From: Armatimonadota bacterium
GTDB taxonomy: Bacteria; Armatimonadota; UBA5829; DSUL01
Reading direction: 5' to 3'
Assembly (NCBI GenBank): GCA_039811685.1
Contig: JBDHZC010000002.1
Location: 448,001 to 512,000, forward strand
DNA length: 64,000 nt
The notes beneath the pieces were generated by a model. It ran no database searches. It saw only the letters and a program-made list of their open reading frames with translations, and had not been told where the DNA came from. A program made the position numbers and the translations under genes. Within the stretch, counting starts at the first letter, position 1; each line of letters opens with the position of its first letter. Shown in pieces: positions 19,391-29,164 of the stretch.

Positions 19391-22033
19391 CTACTGAAGC
19401 GCAGGCGTCTGTCCCCACTGAAACACCTTCACTTCGTAGGGCGCGAAAATGAACGAGAGTGTGTTGTTCACTGGAGTGACAATGCCGCCACCGAAAGGCT
19501 GAGAAAGAGAAGCTGCGGGCAGCGCCGGCAACATAAGCGTGCTGGTGACGGCATAGGGCTGCAGGTTCATGGCCATGATCAGGCCGGACTCACCCACCTG
19601 AATCCCGCGAGTCTGTATGCTGGGATCGCTCTGTCCGACGGCGAACTCCCGACCGGGCAAGAGAAAGAACGGGCTGAGCTGTTTGAGCTCTGCAACCAGA
19701 GTTTTCACTTCAGCCCAAAGATCAGGGTACTGCGGCTTGAATGAGAAGAAAAGGATTCCGGTCGCGTGGTGAGTCATGGCCAGGTACGTCATTGCCCGCG
19801 CCTGATCCGGGGTTGGAAGCGCCCACTTTCCGCCCTCGGTCTCCGGGCCGCCAAACACCTGAATCGCCGGCCACACTGGATATCCGAGGCCGTGAATGGC
19901 GTGGACGCGGTCTATGTGAGAAGCCATCGGCCAGATGGACGCCGGTCCAGGAGCGGTGAGCGGATAGACGTCTGACATGACGAAGTCTTCGGCGTTGGCA
20001 TAGTTGGAGAGCGCATCGTAGAGGAAGTGAGCCATCCCAATCGGATGCGAAGGATCAATGCCCTTGACACGCTGGTACTCCTGAAGCGCGGTTTCGGGAG
20101 AGATGCCGTGGCCTTCAGGCTCGTCATACAGATACCACGCCAGAATCGCCGGATCGTTCTTGATAGCCAGCCAGTCCGGTGTGGCGTACGGAACAGCCAT
20201 AAGGCCAAGGTTGTGCAGGGACGGGGTATCCGCGCCTGTCACGGCGTACAGAACCGTATTGAAACCCTGGTTCACAACCTCCTGCTGCGTGTAGCTGGAC
20301 CAGTCGTAAAGAAATACTCCGAGCGGGAAGAAGGGTTCACCTTCGACGAGCGCTACGCCGTCCGGACTGAAGCGCGTGTGCAGTGTTGTTCCAGGCACGC
20401 CTTCCACCAGTATGCCGTCGTAGGCCCCGTTCTGGTTGGTGTCTACGAAGATCTCATTCGGATCCCAAAAACCATTTGCGTTGGAGTCTATGAACGGCTC
20501 GGATAGCGCGCGAATGACGCGCACGTTGCGGATATAGTTGCCGGAGGGTCCCTGAGGAGCGCCGGCCTCTGCCTGTGAAACTGAGCCCGAAATGCCTGTG
20601 ATCCGCAGAAAGCGCCCGCTGAGGCCGCCAAGCGGAACGTCCGGCGGGACCAGCACCCGGATGCCGGCTGGAGGCGCTGCGCCGCCAGGCAGCGCGGAGC
20701 CGTCCCGCACCTTTGAGCCGTCGTCAATGATGAGTACGCGCGCGGTATTGTCCGCCCAGACGACTTTTCCCCACACACGCACGAGGCGTCCGACGTTGCT
20801 CAGGCCCACTGCGTCAAGCTGATCATAACCGCCAGTTGCGCCATTTGAGCCCGCCCATACGGCAGGCTGGAATGGATAGCCATCCGTGTCTATGGGTCCT
20901 TCCGGCGGCTGTGGAAAGGCTGAGCCTCCGGCATCGCGATTTGACACCCCAAGCGCTGTGGGGAGCGGGAACGTGCCGATCTCCTGAACAATGGAGGATG
21001 CGTTGATCTCGCGCTCGCCATTACGCAGCACCTGTACACCGTTGTCGCTTGCGCGCTGGCTTGTTCCGAGTACGCTGATGCGGTCGCCCTGCCGGACGCT
21101 GACGGAGGTTCGCACACGGATTCCCCCGCTGTCGTCCTGGATGTAGCAGAACGGCTTCCCAAGCTGATCCGTGCCCGCTGTCACAACCTTCTGAACAATC
21201 TGAAGCTGTGTGTTCTTCGGCGTCGTTTTGGCGTCATAAACGGATGAGGCGACCGGCACACTGGCCGTAACGCTGACATTGTCAATGAACAGATCTGCGC
21301 TGGCGTCGCCGACCTTGTTGGATGTGAAGAACGTAATTCCGGCCAGAGAGTCCACCCGCTCACCGGGGGTTGTGCGCACAAAAGGCACACCACCGGGAGG
21401 GGTGACTTCGGCGAGACTTCCCCCACGAGGGCCAAAGAAGACTTTATAGGTCTGAGTCTGAGCGTAAGCTTCAAGGCGCACGGTGTACCAGGTGTCAGCG
21501 TTGAAGGTGACCAGAGGATTTGTCAGTTCGTAGCTACCAGCGCCGACGGTGATCTGCTGGTAGGCCAGCGCGCCCGGGCTGGGGCTGCTGGTATAGGCTC
21601 CGTCTCCCTGAAACAGTACGGTGGCGGCCCAGCTGGGACCTGAGGTGGGGGTTCCGCCGTTTGTGAGGCGCATGGCGAAGGCCGCGTGTATTGAAGAGAG
21701 CTTCACATCAGCTCTGGCGGCACAGCTTCCGAATGCGCAGCGCGGAAAAGCGCGAAAGAGCGTGTTGTTGGCGGTGGTGGCGCCGTTGTCGTCGTGAAAC
21801 TGGACCAGCCGGGTTGCGTTGCCGGAAGTTCCGCTGACAACCACCGCGCTTGTCCCTGAAATATTGCCCGCCAGAGACCAGCCGTCCGGCCTGGCTCCGG
21901 GCGTTGAGCTTTCAAAGTCGTCGCTGAGAAGAACAGAGCCCGTAGCGGCTAAAACCGGCTCCGCCAGCACTGCCAGAGTCATCAACAGCGCTGCAATACG
22001 GGGAATTGCTTTGAAAACGGAGGAGTCGTTCAT
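19391..22033 (-). CDS. Large secreted multidomain protein (N-terminal beta-sandwich, central shared module, C-terminal TIM-barrel glycoside-hydrolase-like domain)
   Basis: Signal peptide; SDDFE; VEGEPFFPLG, QGFNTV, ILAWYLYDEP, SDVYP, QVFGG motifs; 897-aa ORF with start likely 22033. Confidence 0.75.
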   Translation of the reverse strand: MNDSSVFKAIPRIAALLMTLAVLAEPVLAATGSVLLSDDFESSTPGARPDGWSLAGNISGTSAVVVSGTSGNATRLVQFHDDNGATTANNTLFRAFPRCAFGSCAARADVKLSSIHAAFAMRLTNGGTPTSGPSWAATVLFQGDGAYTSSPSPGALAYQQITVGAGSYELTNPLVTFNADTWYTVRLEAYAQTQTYKVFFGPRGGSLAEVTPPGGVPFVRTTPGERVDSLAGITFFTSNKVGDASADLFIDNVSVTASVPVASSVYDAKTTPKNTQLQIVQKVVTAGTDQLGKPFCYIQDDSGGIRVRTSVSVRQGDRISVLGTSQRASDNGVQVLRNGEREINASSIVQEIGTFPLPTALGVSNRDAGGSAFPQPPEGPIDTDGYPFQPAVWAGSNGATGGYDQLDAVGLSNVGRLVRVWGKVVWADNTARVLIIDDGSKVRDGSALPGGAAPPAGIRVLVPPDVPLGGLSGRFLRITGISGSVSQAEAGAPQGPSGNYIRNVRVIRALSEPFIDSNANGFWDPNEIFVDTNQNGAYDGILVEGVPGTTLHTRFSPDGVALVEGEPFFPLGVFLYDWSSYTQQEVVNQGFNTVLYAVTGADTPSLHNLGLMAVPYATPDWLAIKNDPAILAWYLYDEPEGHGISPETALQEYQRVKGIDPSHPIGMAHFLYDALSNYANAEDFVMSDVYPLTAPGPASIWPMASHIDRVHAIHGLGYPVWPAIQVFGGPETEGGKWALPTPDQARAMTYLAMTHHATGILFFSFKPQYPDLWAEVKTLVAELKQLSPFFLLPGREFAVGQSDPSIQTRGIQVGESGLIMAMNLQPYAVTSTLMLPALPAASLSQPFGGGIVTPVNNTLSFIFAPYEVKVFQWGQTPALQ

Positions 22034-22093
22034 TTTCAAGGGAGCGCGCGACAACAATGAGCGCTGCTTCTTTAATTGTAGCACGCACCTGGA

Positions 22094-22837
22094 CTACGCG
22101 GAACCCGATGACTGCATCTGTTGTTTCAGATACTCTGGAAGAAGCTCCAGGAAACCTTGCGCAAAGTCAATAGCAGCCCTGAACTTCTCAACGCTGAAAT
22201 CACTGCCGTCGCAGACCAGGAGCGCACTCTGGCGTATCTCCAGGCTCCAGCCGATCCGTGCCAGCAGAAACTCCATCATGCGCGGATGGACGATATCGTA
22301 AGCGAACTTCTTGTCAGAACATTGGACATGGAAGGCGCGGTTGAACTCATCGGACTCAAAGTCGATGTCTTCAAAGCCGATAACCTCCGCTATGCGGTCA
22401 AAGAAGTTTTCCGGCCGGATGACAATGGGTTGGAAGAGATAACCGGTGTCACACACAATAGCCGAAAAGGTGTGGCGGGCCTGTCTGGTCCCAGACACAC
22501 TCGTTGAGCTCACGGTTCCCTCAGTGGTGTAGTAGGTGTAATCGAAAGCCTTGACTTCCACGTCTCCGAGACGGCCGTGGATGACGTTACGCGCGCTGCG
22601 GCGGTGTCCCTGGGCAAGAGCTCCGAAGTATTTGTACCTTTCCTCGATTTGGAAGGGATCTTCCACAGACCACTCTAGCCTGAGAAACGCTGCCAGAGCC
22701 GCCATAGTCTCACGCCGCTTAGTCTCTGCCAGAGACGCAAATACTGTCACGACGGCGAAAACGACGGCAGCGACGACACACGCGGCGGCAAATATCGCGA
22801 ACGGGTCCGGATAATCCGAGGGCATTGGAGGTCTCAT
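22094..22837 (-). CDS. DUF3137-like membrane-anchored protein (paralog of 16291-16980)
   Basis: TM helix then EDIDFESDEF...AYDIVHPRMMEFL; the upstream part of the track ORF is a valS antisense shadow; start 22837 or 22825. Confidence 0.72.
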   Translation of the reverse strand: MRPPMPSDYPDPFAIFAAACVVAAVVFAVVTVFASLAETKRRETMAALAAFLRLEWSVEDPFQIEERYKYFGALAQGHRRSARNVIHGRLGDVEVKAFDYTYYTTEGTVSSTSVSGTRQARHTFSAIVCDTGYLFQPIVIRPENFFDRIAEVIGFEDIDFESDEFNRAFHVQCSDKKFAYDIVHPRMMEFLLARIGWSLEIRQSALLVCDGSDFSVEKFRAAIDFAQGFLELLPEYLKQQMQSSGSA

Positions 22838-22936
22838 AGATGAGAGCTTCAACACCAGCCGACCCCTTCCTGCCAAAGGTGGCCGGACGAGCTGCGCTTG
22901 CAGGTGTGCGCTGCCAGAATGTATCCTCCCTGTGAT

Positions 22937-25774
22937 ATGGCAGAACTTGAGAAAGCGTACGACCCCCGCGGCGTCGAAGAAAAGTGGTACCGGCACTGGA
23001 TGGACGCCGGATACTTCCACGCCCGGACCGGCTCCGGCAAGCCGACCTTCAGCATCACCATTCCACCCCCAAACGTAACAGGCTCCCTGCACCTGGGACA
23101 TGCCCTGTGCTACACCCTTCAGGATGTGTTGACCCGCTGGAAGCGCATGCAGGGCTTTGAGACGTTGTGCCTTCCCGGGACAGACCACGCCGGAATCGCC
23201 ACGCAGAACGCCGTGGAAAGAGAGCTGGCGCGGGAAGGATTGAGCCGCCACGACCTTGGACGCGAGAAGTTTCTGGAGCGCGTCTGGGCGTGGAAGGAGA
23301 AGTACGGCGGGACAATTCTGGAGCAGTTCAAGCGGATGGGCTATTCGTTTGACTGGGAGCGCACGCGCTTTACGCTGGATGAGGGCTATCACAAGGCGGT
23401 TGTCGAGCACTTTGTGCGGCTGTATGACGATGGACACATTTACCGCGGGGAGCGCGTGATCAACTGGTGCCCCCGGTGCGCAACCGCCATCTCGGATATT
23501 GAAATCGAGTACGAAGAGCAGGACGGTCAGCTTTTCCAGATTGACTACCCGTTTGAGGATGGCAACGGGCATGTGACAGTCGCGACCACGCGCCCTGAGA
23601 CGATGCTGGGGGATACAGGGGTCGCGGTAAACCCCTCTGATAAGCGCTACACAAATGTGGTAGGCAAGAACGTCATTCTGCCGGTGATGGGCCGACGGAT
23701 CCCGATTGTCGCCGACGAGTACGCAGACCCGGAGTTTGGCACCGGCGCCGTCAAAGTGACGCCAGCGCACGACCCGAACGACTTTGAGATAGGGCGAAGA
23801 CAGAATCTGCCGGCGATAACGGTCATAGGGACCGACGCGGTGATGACCGAAAACGCAGGGAAGTACGCGGGTAAGGATCGCTACGAAGCCCGCGCTGAGC
23901 TGGTGGAGGAGTTGAAGGCTCTCGGCGCTTTGCGAAGCGTGGAGACTCTACGCCACTCCGTAAACACCTGCGCCCGCTGTCACACAGTCATTGAGCCTCT
24001 CCTGCTGGAGCAGTGGTTTGTGAGTATGCCGCCGCTCGCCAAACCCGCGGCCGATGTGGTGCGCGAAGAGAAGGTGAAGTTCTTCCCGGCGCGCTTTTCC
24101 AAACTGTATCTGGAGTGGATGGACAACATCCGGGACTGGTGCATCTCGCGCCAGCTCTGGTGGGGACACCGCATCCCCGCTTACTACTGCCTGGACTGCA
24201 ACAGCGATAAGATTACCTTCAAGACCAGCACGGGAAGCGAGCCCGAGATTGACTGGGGAAAGACCAAAGTTTCGGATCTGGATGTGATTGTCGCGCGCGA
24301 AAAGCCGGAGACCTGCCCGATGTGCTCGGGAAGTCGCGTCGTGCAGGACCCGGACGTGCTGGATACATGGTTCTCCAGCGCTTTGTGGACCTTTGCGACG
24401 ATGGGATGGCCCGAAAAGACACCGCTTCTGAAGGAGTTTCACCCGACCTCTGTCTTGACGACTGGCCGGGACATCATCTATCTCTGGGTCGCGAGGATGA
24501 TCGTCTCAAGCCTGTACTTTCTGGATGAGATTCCGTTCCACGACGTCTATATCTACGCCACGGTCCAGAACCAGGAAGGCCAGCGGATGTCCAAGTCGCT
24601 TGGGACCGGCGTGGACCCGCTGGAGCTGATTGATCAGTACGGCGCCGATGCGCTGCGCTTCTCGATGATTGAGCAGACGGGCAAGTCGCAGGACATGCGC
24701 TTCCCCGTGACCTTTGAGTGCAACAACTGCGGGACGGTCAATCAGTCTCTGACCCCCTATAAGGGCGAATGCCGCAAGTGCGGCTCCACAGATGTAACCG
24801 CGCACTCCTCCCGCGTCGAGCAGTCGCGCAACTTCGCCAACAAGATATGGAACGCCGCGCGCTTTGTGTTGATGAATCTGAAGGCAGAGGGAGAAGCTGA
24901 GAAGGATCAGGGATCAGAGGCTAGGGAGAGAAGACTTGAGGCGCTCGAGGATCGCTGGATCGTCTCCCGGCTGAACAGAACCATCGAGGCCGTCAACGGC
25001 TATCTGAGCTCCTACGACCTGGATATGGCGGCGCGTGCGCTGCATGAGTTCATCTGGAGCGAGTACTGCGACTGGTATCTGGAGCTTGTCAAGACGCGCC
25101 TCAAAGGGGAAGATGCGGATACGGCCCGATTTGTCCTGGTGAGCGTACTGGAGAAGACCCTGCGTCTGTTGCACCCGATGATGCCGCACTTGACGGAGGA
25201 GATCTGGCAGGCGCTTCCACTGGACGTGCGCCCGGACGCAAGCTCCATTATGATCGCTGCATTCCCTGAGAGCGATTCCTCGCTGTTGGACGAAAGCGCA
25301 GAGACTGAGATGGCGGCGCTTCAGGAGATCATCACACGCATCCGGAACCTGCGCGCAGAGGGCAACATCCCACCTGGAAAGCGCGTAAACCTGACCCTGG
25401 TAGCCCAGAATGCGGAGTGCGCGGAGTTGGCCCGCAGAAATGCCGAAGCGGCTATCTCGCTGGCGAGACTTCAGTCCTTTGACGTCGTTTTGAGTGAGCA
25501 AAATACAGATCAAAAAGCCCTGAGCGCTCAGGTGGCTGCGGGCGCGCTGTTCATGCCTCTTGGCGACGCCGCAGACATCGAAAAAGAAACCCTTCGTCTC
25601 GAGAAAGAACGGGAAACACTGCGCTCGGATCTGGACAAGGCTCAGGCCAAGCTGAACAACCCCACCTTTGTAGACAAGGCGCCAGCAGAGGTTGTGGAGA
25701 AGCAGCGACGCAACATTGAGGAGTTCACAGCGCGGATTGCGGAGATTGACGAGCGGCTGCGGCTGCTGGGGTGA
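22937..25774 (+). CDS. valS: Valine--tRNA ligase
   Basis: PPPNVTGSLHLGH, ATTRPET, DWCISRQLWWGH, DVLDTWFSS, RMSKS, C-terminal coiled coil with FVDKAP. Confidence 0.98.
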   Translation: MAELEKAYDPRGVEEKWYRHWMDAGYFHARTGSGKPTFSITIPPPNVTGSLHLGHALCYTLQDVLTRWKRMQGFETLCLPGTDHAGIATQNAVERELAREGLSRHDLGREKFLERVWAWKEKYGGTILEQFKRMGYSFDWERTRFTLDEGYHKAVVEHFVRLYDDGHIYRGERVINWCPRCATAISDIEIEYEEQDGQLFQIDYPFEDGNGHVTVATTRPETMLGDTGVAVNPSDKRYTNVVGKNVILPVMGRRIPIVADEYADPEFGTGAVKVTPAHDPNDFEIGRRQNLPAITVIGTDAVMTENAGKYAGKDRYEARAELVEELKALGALRSVETLRHSVNTCARCHTVIEPLLLEQWFVSMPPLAKPAADVVREEKVKFFPARFSKLYLEWMDNIRDWCISRQLWWGHRIPAYYCLDCNSDKITFKTSTGSEPEIDWGKTKVSDLDVIVAREKPETCPMCSGSRVVQDPDVLDTWFSSALWTFATMGWPEKTPLLKEFHPTSVLTTGRDIIYLWVARMIVSSLYFLDEIPFHDVYIYATVQNQEGQRMSKSLGTGVDPLELIDQYGADALRFSMIEQTGKSQDMRFPVTFECNNCGTVNQSLTPYKGECRKCGSTDVTAHSSRVEQSRNFANKIWNAARFVLMNLKAEGEAEKDQGSEARERRLEALEDRWIVSRLNRTIEAVNGYLSSYDLDMAARALHEFIWSEYCDWYLELVKTRLKGEDADTARFVLVSVLEKTLRLLHPMMPHLTEEIWQALPLDVRPDASSIMIAAFPESDSSLLDESAETEMAALQEIITRIRNLRAEGNIPPGKRVNLTLVAQNAECAELARRNAEAAISLARLQSFDVVLSEQNTDQKALSAQVAAGALFMPLGDAADIEKETLRLEKERETLRSDLDKAQAKLNNPTFVDKAPAEVVEKQRRNIEEFTARIAEIDERLRLLG

Positions 25775-25801
25775 AGCGCACCAGAGCGCCGGCCACGCCG
25801 G

Positions 25802-26140
25802 TCAGTCCGGCTCTACACTCACCTGAAGACCGATCTGGCGCAGAACTCCCGCCACCCGATTGCAGTCGTCAAAATCGCCGGAGTACACCACAGCCTGCCC
25901 GGTCAGGTGCGCTTCCAGCATAATGACCTCGGCCTTCTGCAGAGAGTAGCCTGTCGCCTTCTGAATCTGAAGCGAAACCTGATCCATCGAGTGCTCGTCA
26001 TCGTCAAAGAGAATGACTCTGTACGCCGGCGACCGCTCGCCTTCCAGGTCCTGAATCTGCTGGATAATTGACTCAGCGACAGGCGGAGCGTCAATGAGTG
26101 TTCGAGCAAGCTGAAGCGGGATAGCGGCAACAGTGTCCAT
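25802..26140 (-). CDS. clpS: ATP-dependent Clp protease adaptor ClpS
   Basis: YRVILFDDDEHSMDQV, IMLEAHLTGQAVV. Confidence 0.85.
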   Translation of the reverse strand: MDTVAAIPLQLARTLIDAPPVAESIIQQIQDLEGERSPAYRVILFDDDEHSMDQVSLQIQKATGYSLQKAEVIMLEAHLTGQAVVYSGDFDDCNRVAGVLRQIGLQVSVEPD

Positions 26141-26282
26141 GTCGCTCTACATTATAAGACACTCACCACCGCGCGCACACTCTGCCAGAAGTTTTTTGTA
26201 GCCGCGCCAGAGGCCTGCTACAGATCGCGAAGAGCCATGCCCAGGGAGCGCAGCATCTCCAAAGCTTTGTCCGTGGAGACAC

Positions 26283-26317
26283 AACGAAAAACGCCGCCCG
26301 TAAACGAGCGGCGTCTT
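26283..26317 (-). terminator. Intrinsic terminator after rplY
   Basis: Minus strand GACGCCGCTCG-TTTA-CGGGCGGCGTT followed by TTTCGTTGT. Confidence 0.75.
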
Positions 26318-26366
26318 GATATCCAGGAAAGCCCTGACGCAGCAGCTTTCCTCAGAAGCGGTGAGT

Positions 26367-27029
26367 TTACCCTGCCGTGGCTTCTTCAGCCTGCGCGGGC
26401 GCACCCGTCTGCTCTTCGCCGGCAGTCTCTGCGGCTTCGGCCTCTTCAGGAAGCGGCCCGGACACCGTAGCGACGCGGATCATAACAACCGGATCGTCCT
26501 CCGGCCCCATAAACTCCACGTCCGGTACTTTGATGTCGCCAATCTTGATCGCGTCTCCGATTTGCAGCTCGGTGATGTCAAGATCAATGCGCGGTGGGAT
26601 GTTTGTGGGGAGCGCCTGAATCTGCAGTTCGCGGTGCAAATGATCCAGCATACCGCCCTGATTCTTGACGCCCTCCGCCTCACCAATCAGATGAACAGGG
26701 ACGGTCGTGGTGATCTTCTCGTCCATCGCAACTGTGTGGAAATCTACATGCAGCAGCCTGCGCGTGCGCGGGTCAAACTGAAGTTTGCTCACCATCACAG
26801 GCAAGGCGCTCAGTCCGTTGTCCGGAATGGACAGGTCTATAATGGCGTTGTCGCCCGCTTCAGTCTGAAGACAGGCCTTGAGATCGGCAAGCGGGACTTG
26901 GACGCTGTACGAATGATCCACCTTCTTGCCGTACACCGTTCCGGGGACCTGGCCGTCCCTGCGCAGGGCCCTGGTGTGGCTCTTTTTGAATTCCGAGCGC
27001 AGCTCGGCTGTGAGTTTCTGTCGTTCCAT
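26367..27029 (-). CDS. rplY: 50S ribosomal protein L25 / general stress protein Ctc
   Basis: LRRDGQVPGTVYG, LLHVDF, GVKNQGG, LPTNIP; ATG 27029 after GGGAG. Confidence 0.95.
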   Translation of the reverse strand: MERQKLTAELRSEFKKSHTRALRRDGQVPGTVYGKKVDHSYSVQVPLADLKACLQTEAGDNAIIDLSIPDNGLSALPVMVSKLQFDPRTRRLLHVDFHTVAMDEKITTTVPVHLIGEAEGVKNQGGMLDHLHRELQIQALPTNIPPRIDLDITELQIGDAIKIGDIKVPDVEFMGPEDDPVVMIRVATVSGPLPEEAEAAETAGEEQTGAPAQAEEATAG

Positions 27030-27232
27030 GCGAAGTCTCTTTAGTCTCCCGGTTGGCAAAAAAACAAGCCTGACAGGCGAAGGCCGCTGAAGCCAGGCAA
27101 CCTGAGGAGTATACCCTGCGCCAGGGCACCTAGTCAAATTCTGCAAAGCGCTCCGTTGTACGACGGAACTCCTGCGGGTACATAATGGGAGTGTCTCTGC
27201 ATAACGATAGACACTGGACAAGGATTGCCACT

Positions 27233-27919
27233 ATGCCCGCTTCTCACTCTGATACTTTCGAATCGCTGATGGGTCTTCTCTACCGCGCTCATCCGTGGCA
27301 CGGAGTCACCCTGCACCCGCAAACGCCTGAGTATCTGATCGCCTATATCGAGATTGTCCCGAGCGACACAGTCAAGTACGAGCTTGACAAAGCCACGGGA
27401 ATCCTGCGCGTGGACCGTCCGCAGCGCTACTCCAACGTCTGCCCATCTCTCTACGGACTTCTACCGCAGACTCTGTGTGGAGATCACCTGGCGCACCTGA
27501 CGCGGGAGCGCACTGGACGTTCTGGAATCGTCGGTGACGGCGACCCTCTGGATATATGCGTGCTCACAGAGAAGGACGTCCCGCACGGAGACATTCTCAT
27601 GACAGTGACTCCGCTCGGCGGCTTTCGCCTGCTGGATCGCCACGAAGCAGACGACAAAATAATCGCTGTGCTGAAAGACGACGCGGTTTACGGCTCGTGC
27701 CAGTCAATCGAAGACCTGCCCTCGTCCATTCTGGAAAGGCTCAAACACTATTTCCTGACGTACAAGCAGGACCCGGACAACGACGAACACGTCTGCGAGA
27801 TCGCCGACACGTACGGCCGCGAAGAAGCGCATGAAGTTATTCGCTGCTGCCGGCAGGACTACCAGGATGTGTTCGGAAACGTGAAGGAGAAGCTGGCGGC
27901 TAAAGTGAATCAGAAGTAA
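27233..27919 (+). CDS. ppa: Inorganic pyrophosphatase (family I)
   Basis: HPWHG, VKYELDK, YGLLPQT, DGDPLDI, DDKIIAV, FLTYK. Confidence 0.93.
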   Translation: MPASHSDTFESLMGLLYRAHPWHGVTLHPQTPEYLIAYIEIVPSDTVKYELDKATGILRVDRPQRYSNVCPSLYGLLPQTLCGDHLAHLTRERTGRSGIVGDGDPLDICVLTEKDVPHGDILMTVTPLGGFRLLDRHEADDKIIAVLKDDAVYGSCQSIEDLPSSILERLKHYFLTYKQDPDNDEHVCEIADTYGREEAHEVIRCCRQDYQDVFGNVKEKLAAKVNQK

Positions 27920-27953
27920 CCTCGAATCTCGAGCCCAATCTGGCACAAGGAGT

Positions 27954-28703
27954 ATGATGCGTCTCAAGGTGCTGGCGTGCGACATTTTCCGCGACGAGAT
28001 TGCTGCGGCCGCGCGCGGCTGCCCCCACGAACTCGACGTCACGATGATCGGCACGGACCGCTGCCACGAGAAGCCCAAACAGGGCAAAGCGGTGCTGCAG
28101 GAGGCCATTGACGCGTGCGCGGGACTGGGCTGGGATGCGCTGCTCATCGGCTACGGCCTGTGTGGACGTCTGATGGTGGGAATCCGTTCACAGGACACTC
28201 CTCTGGTTGTCCCGCGCTCGCACGACTGTCTGGGAGTGCTATTTGGATCTGCCGCGCGCTACCTTCAGTACTTCATGGACAATCCCGGCACGTACTATCT
28301 GAGCGGGGGATGGATAGAGCATGCCGAAGGTGAAGGGGGCGATCTCACGTCTCAGATGCAGATGGGCGAGATGTCCTTTGAGTACGAAGAGCTGATCGAG
28401 CAGTTTGGTGAGGACAACGCAAAGTATCTTTTTGAAGTGATGAGCGCGTGGCAACAGCACTACAAGAGCGCCACAGTCATCCTGCAGCAGGAAGACGACG
28501 AAAAAGCCCTGATGGAACGGGCGGAGACGCTGTGCGCGCCCAAAGGCTGGGCTGTGAACAAGCTCGCCGGTGACCTGGGATTGTTGCGCAGATGGTTGTA
28601 CGGTGACTGGAATGACGCCGAGTTCCTGCGTGTCCCACCCGGACACACCGTGCAGGAGTCTCACGACGGCGGCATCTTCAAGTCCGAGCCTTCCCCCGTC
28701 TGA
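27954..28703 (+). CDS. DUF1638 domain protein
   Basis: KVLACD, GYGLCG, PRSHDC, GTYYLSGGW, GDW..EFL. Confidence 0.8.
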   Translation: MMRLKVLACDIFRDEIAAAARGCPHELDVTMIGTDRCHEKPKQGKAVLQEAIDACAGLGWDALLIGYGLCGRLMVGIRSQDTPLVVPRSHDCLGVLFGSAARYLQYFMDNPGTYYLSGGWIEHAEGEGGDLTSQMQMGEMSFEYEELIEQFGEDNAKYLFEVMSAWQQHYKSATVILQQEDDEKALMERAETLCAPKGWAVNKLAGDLGLLRRWLYGDWNDAEFLRVPPGHTVQESHDGGIFKSEPSPV

Positions 28704-28743
28704 AAAGAAGTGACGGCGGGGTATCCACCTGTACCCCGCCGCC
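28703..28743 (-). terminator. Hairpin with U-tract on the minus strand (possibly bidirectional terminator)
   Basis: CGGCGGGGTA-8 nt-TACCCCGCCG, preceded on the plus strand by AAAAGAAGT. Confidence 0.55.
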
Positions 28744-29131
28744 GGATTAACGGCCTGCGGAAGATCTCGCCAGCTCTCCCGCAGGCCTTTAGCCCTCCGG
28801 TGCGGCGGAGGGTGCGCTGCAAGCTTTTTTTCTTTGTGAGCGCGCTTATGTGACGCAGGCGCTGACGAGGACACCCGGCTTTCTGCTTCCGTCCTGCCCT
28901 GGACTTCTTGAACCGACGACGAGGGAGCAAGCTGTCTGAAGAACGCGAAATGCGGCGAGAAACGCGGTATCTCCATGATAAGCAATGAGCGCCCAGACTC
29001 AGAACCGTTAAAAATACCGGGTTTCAGCGATACGCAGGCAGATACAGTGACACAGGTGCGCGGTAAACCGGGGATGAGCGGGGTACGAAAGTGTTTTGAG
29101 GAAATGGGGCAAAAAATACTTCGCGAGAAGC

Positions 29132-29160
29132 GGAACCTTTATACCGCGTGAGACGTCTCA
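29132..29160 (+). promoter_or_regulatory. ECF-sigma-type promoter
   Basis: GGAACC-16 nt-CGTCTCA, matching the general ECF AAC/CGT architecture; A-tract upstream. Confidence 0.65.
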
Positions 29161-29164
29161 ATAA

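Noticed and set aside
22838..23770. N-terminal 311 aa of the 558-aa minus-strand ORF
   Set aside because: Mostly an antisense shadow of valS; the real gene starts near 22837/22825
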